A DNA stretch of 64,000 bases from a virus (taxonomy: Duplodnaviria > Caudoviricetes). The stretch spans positions 67,961 through 131,960 of IMG/VR virus record IMGVR_UViG_2901146262_000001. The stretch is one strand, 5' to 3'. Positions within the stretch are counted from its first letter, which is position 1. Every line of letters starts with the position of its first letter. The notes below the pieces were generated by a model. It worked only from the letters and a program-made list of their open reading frames with translations. It was not told where the DNA came from and did not search any database. The position numbers and the translations under genes were made by a program. This document shows positions 1 to 10,180 of the stretch, one piece after another.

Positions 1-152
1 ATGCGAAAATGGGGTCGCTAGGAGTATCGCCAAGATACATGGAGCTGTATCTAGAGTCAGCAAATAAAATCAAGGATCAAGAAAATATCTACAATAAATC
101 TAATTAAAACAATTATTTTATAAAAAGGTAGGATCAAGGGAGGAGGAATGAA

Positions 153-830
153 TTGATAACAACGGAAATTAAAATGAGAAGGTGCAGAGGATGTGGTGTT
201 ATAAAGCCCTTAGAGTCAAACTACTATGGGCAATGGGTTTATCCTAAGACCAAAAAGAAGTATTTTAATTACCAGGGAAAATGTAAGAAGTGTATTTCAA
301 AACAAAACGTGAAATGGCAAAGAAAAAACATTGAAAAAACAAGAGATTTCAAAAGAGAGTGGGGAAGAAGGAATACCGACATTACTAGATATCACGCTAG
401 AAAACCACAAAGAAAAGAGTATATGAAGGTCTGGAGAAAAGAAAACCCTGATAAAATTAAGCAATATAATTTTTATAGGCAGATGAATAAGCATCATGAT
501 ATAACAGAGCGGGAGTGGAAAAGTTGCAAAGAACATTTTGATAACTCATGTGCTTATTGCGGTATAAGTGATGGGATGGCAAAAGAAAGATATGGAAACT
601 ACTTGCACAAAGATCATGCAGATCACGATGGTTCTAATAACTTAAACAATTGCATTCCAGCTTGTAAATCGTGCAACAGTAGCAAACATAACTTTGTGTT
701 AGAAGACTGGTACTTAGAGAGCGAATCATTTTCTGAAGGAAGGCTAAATAAGATTAACAACTGGCTCAGCAGTGAATATAAAAAGCACATGGAGGGGAAG
801 AGTGTGACAATTAAAGTATCTTTAGATTAA
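153..830 (+). CDS. HNH endonuclease with zinc-binding motifs
   Basis: CAYCG...HKDH...NCIPACKSCNSSK HNH signature; N-terminal CxxC pairs; RBS AGGAGG. Confidence 0.85.
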   Translation: MITTEIKMRRCRGCGVIKPLESNYYGQWVYPKTKKKYFNYQGKCKKCISKQNVKWQRKNIEKTRDFKREWGRRNTDITRYHARKPQRKEYMKVWRKENPDKIKQYNFYRQMNKHHDITEREWKSCKEHFDNSCAYCGISDGMAKERYGNYLHKDHADHDGSNNLNNCIPACKSCNSSKHNFVLEDWYLESESFSEGRLNKINNWLSSEYKKHMEGKSVTIKVSLD

Positions 831-1394
831 ATTGAATCTTTTAAAGGAGAATCTATAATGTATAATATATTAACAGTAAAACAATTGAAAGATATGTTGA
901 GATCTTATCCAGACGATTATAAAATTTTCGTTAATCCAAGAACAGAATTTATTGACGAGGTTTCTCCTAGTGATTTGAAAGTAGAAGATGTAAAACTTTA
1001 TAAAGATGAAGAGTTTGGAAATGTATATGGAATAGACAATAAAGACGGAGAAGGCAAGCCTTTTAAAGCATTGATTATTGAATTATGAAATAGGCAAATT
1101 AAAATGGAACTTTTAATATGAAGCTAACAGGAATGGGAGGTTGTGATTATGCATCAATATCAAGCTAACACAAAGAACAAAAAAATGTTTGAATTGATAG
1201 ATAAGCTGGATGAACACAAAGAGGAAATGGAATATTATGCAATCGGAAGAAGACCAAGCAACCGATTAGACAAGATTGAATCCAATGCAATAGAAATAGA
1301 GAAAATAGCAAGTGAAATCCAAAATCAAGTAAAATCTATGCGTAGAAAGTAAAACGAAATAAATTAGAGATTCTAAGTAAAAGGAGGCAATTGA

Positions 1395-1670
1395 ATGAAG
1401 AATAGACTGTTATTTACAACAATATTGATTTTAATATTTTTAATTGGATGTGGTCAAATTGGTAGTACAAAAGTAAGTGCGGGTTTACCCAGTGGATTTG
1501 AATTAGTAAGTGAAGATGAAATTAATCAGGGAGATGTGTACAAGGCTCGCGAAACAGCCACGGGATGTTATTACATCTTTGGTACTTCAGGTAGTGATTA
1601 TCGTACCACTGTTTCAATTGAGCAGATGACCATCGAAAAAGACGGGGCTAGAATACCTTATTGTGAATAG
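1395..1670 (+). CDS. Small lipoprotein (DUF6440-like)
   Basis: Signal peptide with lipobox LIGC; ETATGCYYI motif. Confidence 0.6.
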   Translation: MKNRLLFTTILILIFLIGCGQIGSTKVSAGLPSGFELVSEDEINQGDVYKARETATGCYYIFGTSGSDYRTTVSIEQMTIEKDGARIPYCE

Positions 1671-2337
1671 AGTTCCGACATAATAAAACATGCATTTCAA
1701 AGGAAGGGGAGAATATTAAAATGAGCAGAAGTAAAGAGACCATACTCGCTGAAATCGAGTATTTGCAAGGGGATGTTGATGAAAAAGAATTGGAGATTAA
1801 GTATTTAAAAGATAAAATAGATAAATTGGTGAATAAGTTGTCTTTAGGCTTGCATAATTAGTGAGTTAAAATAATCAATTTATAAGAATTGAGAGGGGAA
1901 TTGCAATGGATCAAGATAGAGCTAATCAAATTAACGATTGTTTCGTAGATATTGTTGGAAGAAGACCAAGAATGGATGAGAGAGACTTTATCAATGAGCA
2001 TCTACCAAGAGAAACTAAATTAGAAGCTGAGGAATGGGGATGGAGTGACACTGAAGTAGGGATCAAGGTTTTCAAATGGATCAAAGATAACAAGGAATTG
2101 GTTTTATCTAAATAAAAGAATCGTTTGATCGGAGGAGATTATTATGGAAAATAAAAATGACAAGCAGAGAAGCGAATATTTTATCAAGTATATTATCAAT
2201 GGTGAGAAATTTGATTTCAATGATTTTAAAACACAAGAAGATTTTGATAATTATAAGAAGGAGATAGAGGAGTTCAATAAAGAATCGGATACAGACAAAT
2301 AAAAGAGCGATTTGATTATAAAAAAAGGGGTGGTTAT

Positions 2338-2634
2338 GTGATTATGGGAGGAAGTAGAAACTGCGGGAAAACAACTGAACTAATAAAGATTTCCCACGAA
2401 GACCAAAAGTATATTGTATGTTCTGACAGAAGAAGAGTCGAACATGTCTCTCGTTTGGCTCGGCAGATGAATCTGGATATACCTTTCCCAATTGCTGTTG
2501 ATGAACTACCATTAAAAGGTGAATATATTAAAGACGTGTTAGTTGATGATATTGAAGATGTGTTTCTGTCTTTAGTTGGTGTACCGATCTATCAAGCAAC
2601 TTCAAGTATGGGATTGTGGAGGTTGGACAATTGA
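2338..2634 (+). CDS. Small P-loop-containing phage protein
   Basis: GSRNCGKTT Walker-A-like and VLVDD Walker-B-like motifs in 98 aa. Confidence 0.55.
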   Translation: MIMGGSRNCGKTTELIKISHEDQKYIVCSDRRRVEHVSRLARQMNLDIPFPIAVDELPLKGEYIKDVLVDDIEDVFLSLVGVPIYQATSSMGLWRLDN

Positions 2635-3540
2635 GAGTAAAAATAGGTGGCATCTATACAGTTAGCACAGACAAGACAAAGTTTCATCCAATGTTTTATG
2701 ACATTCTAGGAGAAAAAGTTGTTGTTACGGGTGAGTGGTACTTAGGAAAATATCCGGTTGAATTTATAGATAATCCTAATTTGAATACAGTTGCACAAAG
2801 AGTACGTGGAGATTTATTAATGGAGGTAAAATAGAATAGTAGATGAATTAGTCAAATAAGTATAATATTAGATGAATCAATCGAATAAAATTCTTGTTTT
2901 ATACAGGAGGTGATAATATGATTTATCTAATTGTTGATAAGAGAGACGAGCAAATTATTAAAATTAGTGATTATGAAAAATATAATAACAAACTCGAATC
3001 TCTAGGGTCGTATCCAGACTGCAACTATTTTCATATGATGGGCTTGAATGAAGCCGATTGTTCCGAAATGAGATATTTATTGATGGACAGTGGAGAAGCA
3101 ACGTATAAAGATTTTAAGTTTGTTGAAATTAATTAAATACTGGCAACGACCAATATAGGAGATGATTGATATGATTTTAAATGAGTCAGAAAAAGAATTA
3201 CTAAGAAAATTAATTGAAGACGAGAAACACAAATTAAGTAAAAGAGTGGATGCTTTTTGGCAAATGTCTCAAAGAGATGGCGATGACTCAATTTCTGAGC
3301 ACTCCTACGAAAAGAAAAAGAGGGAATCAAATAATACAATCAGTACTTGTAACGATATTTTATCTAAATTGGACTTATAATACTATTCAATAGAAGAGAG
3401 GTGATAGAATTAATCAATTTCATATAACAGAAACGTCAAAATATCGCTGGAGATTTAAAAATAAATTAAAGCATATTTTTTATTGACAATTAAGTGACTT
3501 TATAGTATAGTAATAAATAATAACAAAAGGGGATGGTTAA

Positions 3541-4020
3541 ATGCTGATAGAAGGACAGCAAGTACTGGTAAAATTATTTGGAACAAATAAAGAAAAGTAT
3601 AAGAGTTTAGGATATAGTTTCAATGATGAGGATGATAATTTACTTATAGCAGCTGAACATTTACCAATATCGAGTCAACAAGTATTAAATTTTAAATGTG
3701 ATGAATGCAATGAAATACATACTAAACAGTATCTTGCACATTTTGTTAATGGGTCTGGTGGAAGGCCAAAAAAGGATATATGCGGCAAGTGTAGGGCAAC
3801 AGCAGCAAAACACAGATATCAGAAAATAGAAAGAAAGATTAAAGTGTATGGGTTCACGTTAAAGGAGTGTTATCAAAAGATGGTTATTAGAGAGAAACAG
3901 GGATATGAAGTACTCCACCCAATTCAAAAATCACAAGGGATTATAGATAAGTATGAAGGGTTAGAAAGAACATATTACTTTGTCAATATGGAGTTGACAA
4001 ATTTTTTTAAAGCTAATTAG
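3541..4020 (+). CDS. Zinc-ribbon protein
   Basis: CDEC and CGKC pairs; preceded by TTGACA-17-TATAGT at 3483-3511. Confidence 0.5.
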   Translation: MLIEGQQVLVKLFGTNKEKYKSLGYSFNDEDDNLLIAAEHLPISSQQVLNFKCDECNEIHTKQYLAHFVNGSGGRPKKDICGKCRATAAKHRYQKIERKIKVYGFTLKECYQKMVIREKQGYEVLHPIQKSQGIIDKYEGLERTYYFVNMELTNFFKAN

Positions 4021-4825
4021 GTAACAATATAGTATGTACAATAAGTTAAAATACGGATTTTAATGAAAGGGAGATAAGAATGAGCAATAAAGAGGAAATG
4101 GTATCAGGAGGCAAAATAGAGCTACTCACAGACGTTTGCAGTCTTTTGAATGGTAAGCTTCAAATTATTAATAAAGTCATGCATGACGTAGTCGAAAATG
4201 AGTCAAATTTAAAAAGTGGTCAGAAAAATACAGATTTAATCGATTTGGCAAATGGAACTAACATTATTATCGAAAGTAGAAATGAAATTGACAAAAAGCT
4301 GAATGAATTAAAAGTTAATCATGGAATTAAATTGAGTTAATTGATATAACAGTCGGCTTTAAATATCGCTGACACATATAAGGAGGGAATTTTGATGGAA
4401 GATATATTTGATGATATTGAAAAGAGCTTTACATTATTTAGAGATGTAATCAAGCAGTTTCCAGACAGGCATGGACATAACATTCAAGAAGTCAGCAGAC
4501 TTGACCGTGAGCAGCAAGACTTGCTTCATTTGATAGAGTTTATTCCCATGAATGCTTATCAGGGCTGGAATACAACTCAAAGAATCAAGCACGTCAGACG
4601 GGACAGAAGAAAAGTAAAGGAAGAAACTGAATTACTGGAGCCAATTATTCCATTGCTAAAGAAGTATCGGCAACAATTAACTGAGATGGATAAAGTTATT
4701 GGCGAGATTAGAAAAGTAAAGAAACGCCAAGAGAATAGGCAGTATACATGTAAGGGCGATAAGTCACTACAAGAAAACTTCGACAAGGGTAAATTAGTCA
4801 CAATCTAAGATAAGGGGAGATCATC

Positions 4826-5116
4826 ATGAACAAATATAAAGAAATAGAATCTAAGTTGGTATTTACACATCATGGAGATGAAAGAAAGTTACATCCAAAA
4901 AGGAAAGATATAACTAAGAATCAAATAATAAATACAATCATGAAGGGCACTCTTGGATTTGCCGGATCGAAACGATTTAAGAAGAATTATAAAGGAATAG
5001 AAGTAATTTACAAGAAGGATGGCCAAGGAAATATAATAGTTATAACGTTCTACAAGGTGAAAGCATCGTATTTAGATAATTTATATAGTTTAATGGATAA
5101 TAGCTTGACAATTTAA
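4826..5116 (+). CDS. DUF4258-like small protein (possible RNase/toxin fold)
   Basis: FTHHGDER N-terminal and IIVITFY C-terminal pattern. Confidence 0.45.
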   Translation: MNKYKEIESKLVFTHHGDERKLHPKRKDITKNQIINTIMKGTLGFAGSKRFKKNYKGIEVIYKKDGQGNIIVITFYKVKASYLDNLYSLMDNSLTI

Positions 5117-5133
5117 TTGGGTAACATTATAAT
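5105..5133 (+). promoter_or_regulatory. SigA-type promoter with repeated operator-like motif in the spacer
   Basis: TTGACA-17 bp-TATAAT; contains ATTGGGTAACATTATAAT. Confidence 0.85.
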
Positions 5134-5173
5134 ACATATAGGATGAAGATAATAAAAAGGATGGGGTTAAAAA

Positions 5174-6466
5174 ATGGATGTTAATCAAATGGTAGACAAT
5201 TTACAGAGTCAGGTTAATGCTCTTAACGAAAGTTTGGCTAAGGAGAAGAAGGTGTCTACAGAGTTCGAAAAGAAGTTGCTTTATAAATACTTAGGAAAAG
5301 ATATGGTTAATTATTTCAAGAAATATAAAGCTATCGTTGCAGGCGGGGCAGTAACAAGTATCTTCACTAACAGTGAGATCAATGACATTGACGTATACTT
5401 AAGATCTAAAGAGGATGTAGCAGCATTAATGGAAATCATGTATGACGACTTCTATATTGCAAGTCATACAAAGAAGGCAACTACATTCATTAAGACGGTG
5501 GATGAGCAAGAATTAAAGATTCAATTGATTCATTATAATGTATTTGGTAGTGTGGATGATGTATTTGAAGCATTTGACTTCACAATCTGTATGGGAGCAT
5601 TTGATTTTAAAAATGAACAATTTAGTTTCCATCATAATTTCTTTAAACATAATTCGCAACGAGCATTAAGATTTAATAAAAATACTCATTTTCCTCTTAT
5701 ATCGGTTATTAGAACGAAAAAGTACGAGGAGAGAAATTATACAATCTCAAAGCCAGAGTTATTTAGAGTCATTATGAAATGTATGGATTTAGAGATTAAT
5801 TCATATGAAGAGCTAAAAGATCAGTTGGGAGGTATGTACGGAATTTCTTATGATCTACTATTTCAGGATATTGAGGATAAAGAGTTTAGTTTAGACAAAG
5901 CAATTGATCATATCGAAAATTTACATATGAGTGATGAGTACTTTGAAGCGAATGATCCAGTTGTATTCAATAATGTAGATGAGTTGATTTCAAGTGCAAC
6001 TGGGTTGCCAATTAAATATTTTAAGCAAAATGACAATAAATATGTATTAAGATTCAATGGGAATATCGAGACATTAAGTACGATTAAGGATAATATGATC
6101 GAGGTTGATATTAGTGAAGTATTTCCAGCTGGAACAAAACTTTATAAATATGTCAAAGAAACAGAAGTTGGATTGATCAGCTTTTATGATAAAGACTTCA
6201 AGTACGAATTAGATAGTGATATAGTAGCCAAAGAAAAAGTTGGACTGTTTTTTAACACATATGATAATCGCACAGACTCTACCTATGCTGATGACGGTGG
6301 TGTGCTAATTGAAGTAAGCGTTAATGCTGAAGACTTTGCTGGTGTTACTTCAAACCACTTGAGATTTAAAAAATGCAAAGACGTTAAAGTTATTGAGAGA
6401 CCGAGCAATAATGATAAAAAGGATGAGGGAAAACTAATTAAATCCCTAGGAAACTTAGGAGATTGA
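5174..6466 (+). CDS. Nucleotidyltransferase (Pol-beta superfamily, CCA/poly(A) polymerase-head-like)
   Basis: VAGGAV...DIDVY and FDFT motifs. Confidence 0.7.
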   Translation: MDVNQMVDNLQSQVNALNESLAKEKKVSTEFEKKLLYKYLGKDMVNYFKKYKAIVAGGAVTSIFTNSEINDIDVYLRSKEDVAALMEIMYDDFYIASHTKKATTFIKTVDEQELKIQLIHYNVFGSVDDVFEAFDFTICMGAFDFKNEQFSFHHNFFKHNSQRALRFNKNTHFPLISVIRTKKYEERNYTISKPELFRVIMKCMDLEINSYEELKDQLGGMYGISYDLLFQDIEDKEFSLDKAIDHIENLHMSDEYFEANDPVVFNNVDELISSATGLPIKYFKQNDNKYVLRFNGNIETLSTIKDNMIEVDISEVFPAGTKLYKYVKETEVGLISFYDKDFKYELDSDIVAKEKVGLFFNTYDNRTDSTYADDGGVLIEVSVNAEDFAGVTSNHLRFKKCKDVKVIERPSNNDKKDEGKLIKSLGNLGD

Positions 6467-6537
6467 CTTTTTTTAAGTAAAATTAAGTAGTTTTATAGTA
6501 TAAATTCACCATTTTAAAGAAAGGGAGGATATAGATT

Positions 6538-7116
6538 ATGGCCACATATTTCACATCGGATCAGCATTTTTACCACAGGAACGTTTTAAAGTTTGAGGAT
6601 CGGCCATTCGACTCTGTAGACGAAATGAATCAAGGAATGATTGACGCATGGAATGATACTGTAAGACCAAGCGATACAATTCACCATCTAGGAGACTTCT
6701 GCTTCGGAGGATATGATAAATGGGTATCGATTTTAGATCAGCTTGACGGAAAGATAATATTATATAAAGGTAATCACGATGACTCTAAGACATTGAAAAA
6801 ACTAGTTCAGAATGGGTACTTTGAATATATCCATCATGTGGGCGATTATTTTAAGATTAATGGTTATCAGCTTTGGTTGACCCATTACCCTATGGAGATT
6901 GGAATGAGACCAAGAAAGTTTAGTCTGCACGGACATATCCACAGCACACCAAGCAACATGTTGAATCAAGTAAATCTAGGAGTGGATAGTCCATTGAATT
7001 TTAACAGAAGGTTTGGCCAGCCAATTTCTGAGCATGAACTAGTAGAGTACCTGGATTACATCAACCCACTAGTAGAAAGCGAATTTCAAAAAGAAAGAAG
7101 TGAATGGAATGTTTAA
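6538..7116 (+). CDS. Calcineurin-like metallophosphoesterase
   Basis: FTSDQHF, LGDF, GNHD, THYP, HGHIH motifs. Confidence 0.9.
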   Translation: MATYFTSDQHFYHRNVLKFEDRPFDSVDEMNQGMIDAWNDTVRPSDTIHHLGDFCFGGYDKWVSILDQLDGKIILYKGNHDDSKTLKKLVQNGYFEYIHHVGDYFKINGYQLWLTHYPMEIGMRPRKFSLHGHIHSTPSNMLNQVNLGVDSPLNFNRRFGQPISEHELVEYLDYINPLVESEFQKERSEWNV

Positions 7117-8104
7117 TGAAGAACAGTTACATGACGTAATTGCAGGGTTCATAATAAAAGATTTCAGAGAGCAAGGAATTGCATTCGGAATTGATGATGA
7201 AGGATTTAATTTTGAGACCAGAGAAGATGCAGAGAAGTCTATTAAAAGAGCACAGGAAATGGGATATAATAAATGGTTGTTTAACGGAGAAGAGACTATA
7301 GATATTGTTGATAATAATTAAATTAAAATTTGTCTTTTAATGGAGGGAAGAGAAATGGATAAACGATTTGAAGATGGATGGAACGAAGGATTTAATGAAG
7401 GATTTTTTGAAGCAAGGCAGTTTTATAATAGTGATGAGCAAGTAAAAGAAAGTGATGGAAAACTGGAAGAGAAAGCAGCGAAAGCAGAATATCTTGCTAA
7501 GTTAGAACAAAAAAGAGCTAGTAACATATCTAAAAAGACTCAGCAATATAAGCAGACTTTAGAAGAGATAAAAACCTATATGGAAACCGATGCTGAAATG
7601 TTCTTGACGGATGAAGATAGATTTAAAGGTATACATAATGCATTGACAAAATACTATGAATTACTCAAGGAGGGTGACGCTGAATGATACGAACAAAGAA
7701 GCAAGATCAAGATGTGTCGATGATCAATCAAATTATTAAATTGGAAAAACAAAACCAACGCTACAAACAGGCTTTGGAGGAATTGGAAAAAATAAGATAC
7801 AGCGTAACGTGTACCCCAGAAGAGATTGGTCGAATTGTTGATAAAGCACTCAAGGAAGGTGAAGCTGAATGACTGATGAAAAACAATTTATAGACGATAC
7901 GGGATCTAAATTTAAATACGCATTAGCTTATTTATACTACGGATGGGACGAGGCTGAATATAGCAATGATCTAGATGAATTAGATGAAATTGCCAAGGAA
8001 ATGATTGCAGACAATAGTGGAAAGCCTCTAATAATCGTAAATGCAAATGATGAAATTGTAAGAGAATATACAGAAAGAAAAAGATAGTTGAAGGAGGAAT
8101 AGGG

Positions 8105-8533
8105 ATGAGGGAAATTAGTTTTAGAGCGTGGGATAACGAAAACAACCACATGATTGATATAGCTAGATTCGATTTTGCAGATTATACGGTCTACTCTCAC
8201 CTATTTGCTTGCGAAGGTTATCTGGGCGAGAATTTAAAAATCATGCAATACACAGGTTTAAAAGACAAGCATGGAAAAGAAATTTATGAGGGTGACATTA
8301 TAGAATTTTCCCGTGGTGACGATTGGAGAGAAAACGAACAAAAACAAGGGATTTCTGAAGTGGTTTATTCAGAACAGATAACGGCTTTTGCTTACCATTA
8401 TAAGGCGAAATCTTCATGGGGCACTGCTTATGATGATGTTGTCTGCGCTATAGGAAATATAACTGACCAATGCGGTGATTTAGAAATCATCGGAAACACA
8501 TACGAAAATCCGGAGCTATTGGAGGAATTATAA
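8105..8533 (+). CDS. yopX: YopX family protein
   Basis: MREISFRAWD...MQYTGLKDKHGKEIYEGDII...IIGNTYENPELL. Confidence 0.92.
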   Translation: MREISFRAWDNENNHMIDIARFDFADYTVYSHLFACEGYLGENLKIMQYTGLKDKHGKEIYEGDIIEFSRGDDWRENEQKQGISEVVYSEQITAFAYHYKAKSSWGTAYDDVVCAIGNITDQCGDLEIIGNTYENPELLEEL

Positions 8534-9853
8534 ATGAGTGAACAGATAGATTTAACTGGTGCTTCGGTAAATATTTTCCTAGAAATAGACGGAAAGATAT
8601 ATGCAGTCGCTTATGAAAAGGACAAATACGATGCCATATGCCACATTATTAAAAATGGTGCTGAACACATTATAAAAACTGATAAAACACAATTAGAATT
8701 GGTTGATTTTATAGGAATTGGAGGGTGATAGTAATGACTGAAAAAGTAAAAGTTACACAGAAACAATCCGATTGGTTAGACAAATATAAAAGCGACAAGG
8801 AAATAGATTATGCGATAGATATTCAACCACACAAAAAACGACCAGACAGTCCTATTATTGATTGGTCAGCATCAAAGGTAGCGAGAGCATTGTATGATGG
8901 TTATAAAGTAGAACCGAGGTTTGAAGTTGGGGATTGGGTTGTGCACGACTCATATAGCAAACCTGAGAAAGTAGTTAGGGTTTACCCTGATGTAGTAGAA
9001 ACAGAAACATTAAATGATAGACAAAAACGTTTTCGCCATGCCACTGAATCAGAAATCACAGAAGAAAAAGAGCGTAGATTCTTCGCTGAACATGGGAGAA
9101 GACCGTGGGAACTGAAGGAATTTGACGAATTGAGAAATAAAACGAATGACCATAGATACACGGTTACAGAAGAATTTGATCAATTAGAAGTTACTTTGGA
9201 AGACACTTATTTAGACAGAACGACTTTATTTAAAAGTAAAATTAAAAGTGACTTTTACGTTGTATGCTTCGTGGAATCAAGGTTGGACGTATAGCATGAA
9301 TAAATCGGAGATTGAACGAATTCATCTAATTAAAGAATTAGCCAAGCACGGACTAAAGGCAGAGACATGGGAGTTAAATTATGAGTTGAAAAGAAAGCTG
9401 TCTGCAGCCAGAACAATGGATTTAAAACCAATGGGAGGCAATTAGAATGAGTGAAATTGTAGAATCAAAAACGTATGAAATTGACGAGTTGGAAAAAGTG
9501 GAAGTTGAAACGCGTATTGACAACCCTAATGGCATTGAAACAACGACGATTATTATCTATTTAGAAGATGGATCATTCAGATGTTTCTCACACGAAAGAG
9601 AAATGTAATTCGCAGTGTGATTATTAAAACTTAAGCCAATGGGGTGGTAATCGGATACTGGCATGGCACAATGACCAATGGTATCAAATAATCGATGTCA
9701 ATATGGTTTCAAAATCATTTCTGTTATGCAACTATGATTGGTGGGCTTCTGATATATGGGTGAGATGGGATGATATTGAGGATTTTAAGAAGAATGATAT
9801 AGATTAAAACATGGAATTTATTGCATCGAACAAGATTACAGGAGGTAGTATAA

Positions 9854-10180
9854 ATGTCAAAACTAACAGTTGAAGTAAAAGATATCGGAGAGGTAAGTGA
9901 CGGAAGTCATACATTTAATGAGCTTTACGATCATCGGATGGTTTTGTTTTCTATTATTTGTAACCAAAATAAAGATAAAGCTTGGAAATCTAGATTGCAC
10001 GATGATGGAACAATGTTTGACGATTACTTCATTGTAGGAATCACTACCGACGAGGGGGACTATACATATCATTATCATGTGACATATTGGATGAATTTTG
10101 ATGTTAAAGAATTGAAATGCGCACCAAAATTGGATGGTCATAAACCAGAGGATATATTAAGGCTGTACAGCTTACTTTAG
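9854..10180 (+). CDS. Conserved phage protein (WDGH-type family; motif reads LDGH here)
   Basis: SDGSHTFNELYDHR...WKSRLHDDG...TYHY...APKLDGH. Confidence 0.65.
   Translation: MSKLTVEVKDIGEVSDGSHTFNELYDHRMVLFSIICNQNKDKAWKSRLHDDGTMFDDYFIVGITTDEGDYTYHYHVTYWMNFDVKELKCAPKLDGHKPEDILRLYSLL

Larger units (their letters stand above)
858..4808 (+). other. Cluster of small hypothetical phage genes (858-1088, 1143-1352, 1721-1861, 1906-2115, ~2144-2302, 2616-2834, 2894-3136, 3162-3380, 4080-4340, 4392-4808)
   Basis: Co-oriented ORFs, most with a Shine-Dalgarno sequence; no function recognised. Confidence 0.75.
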
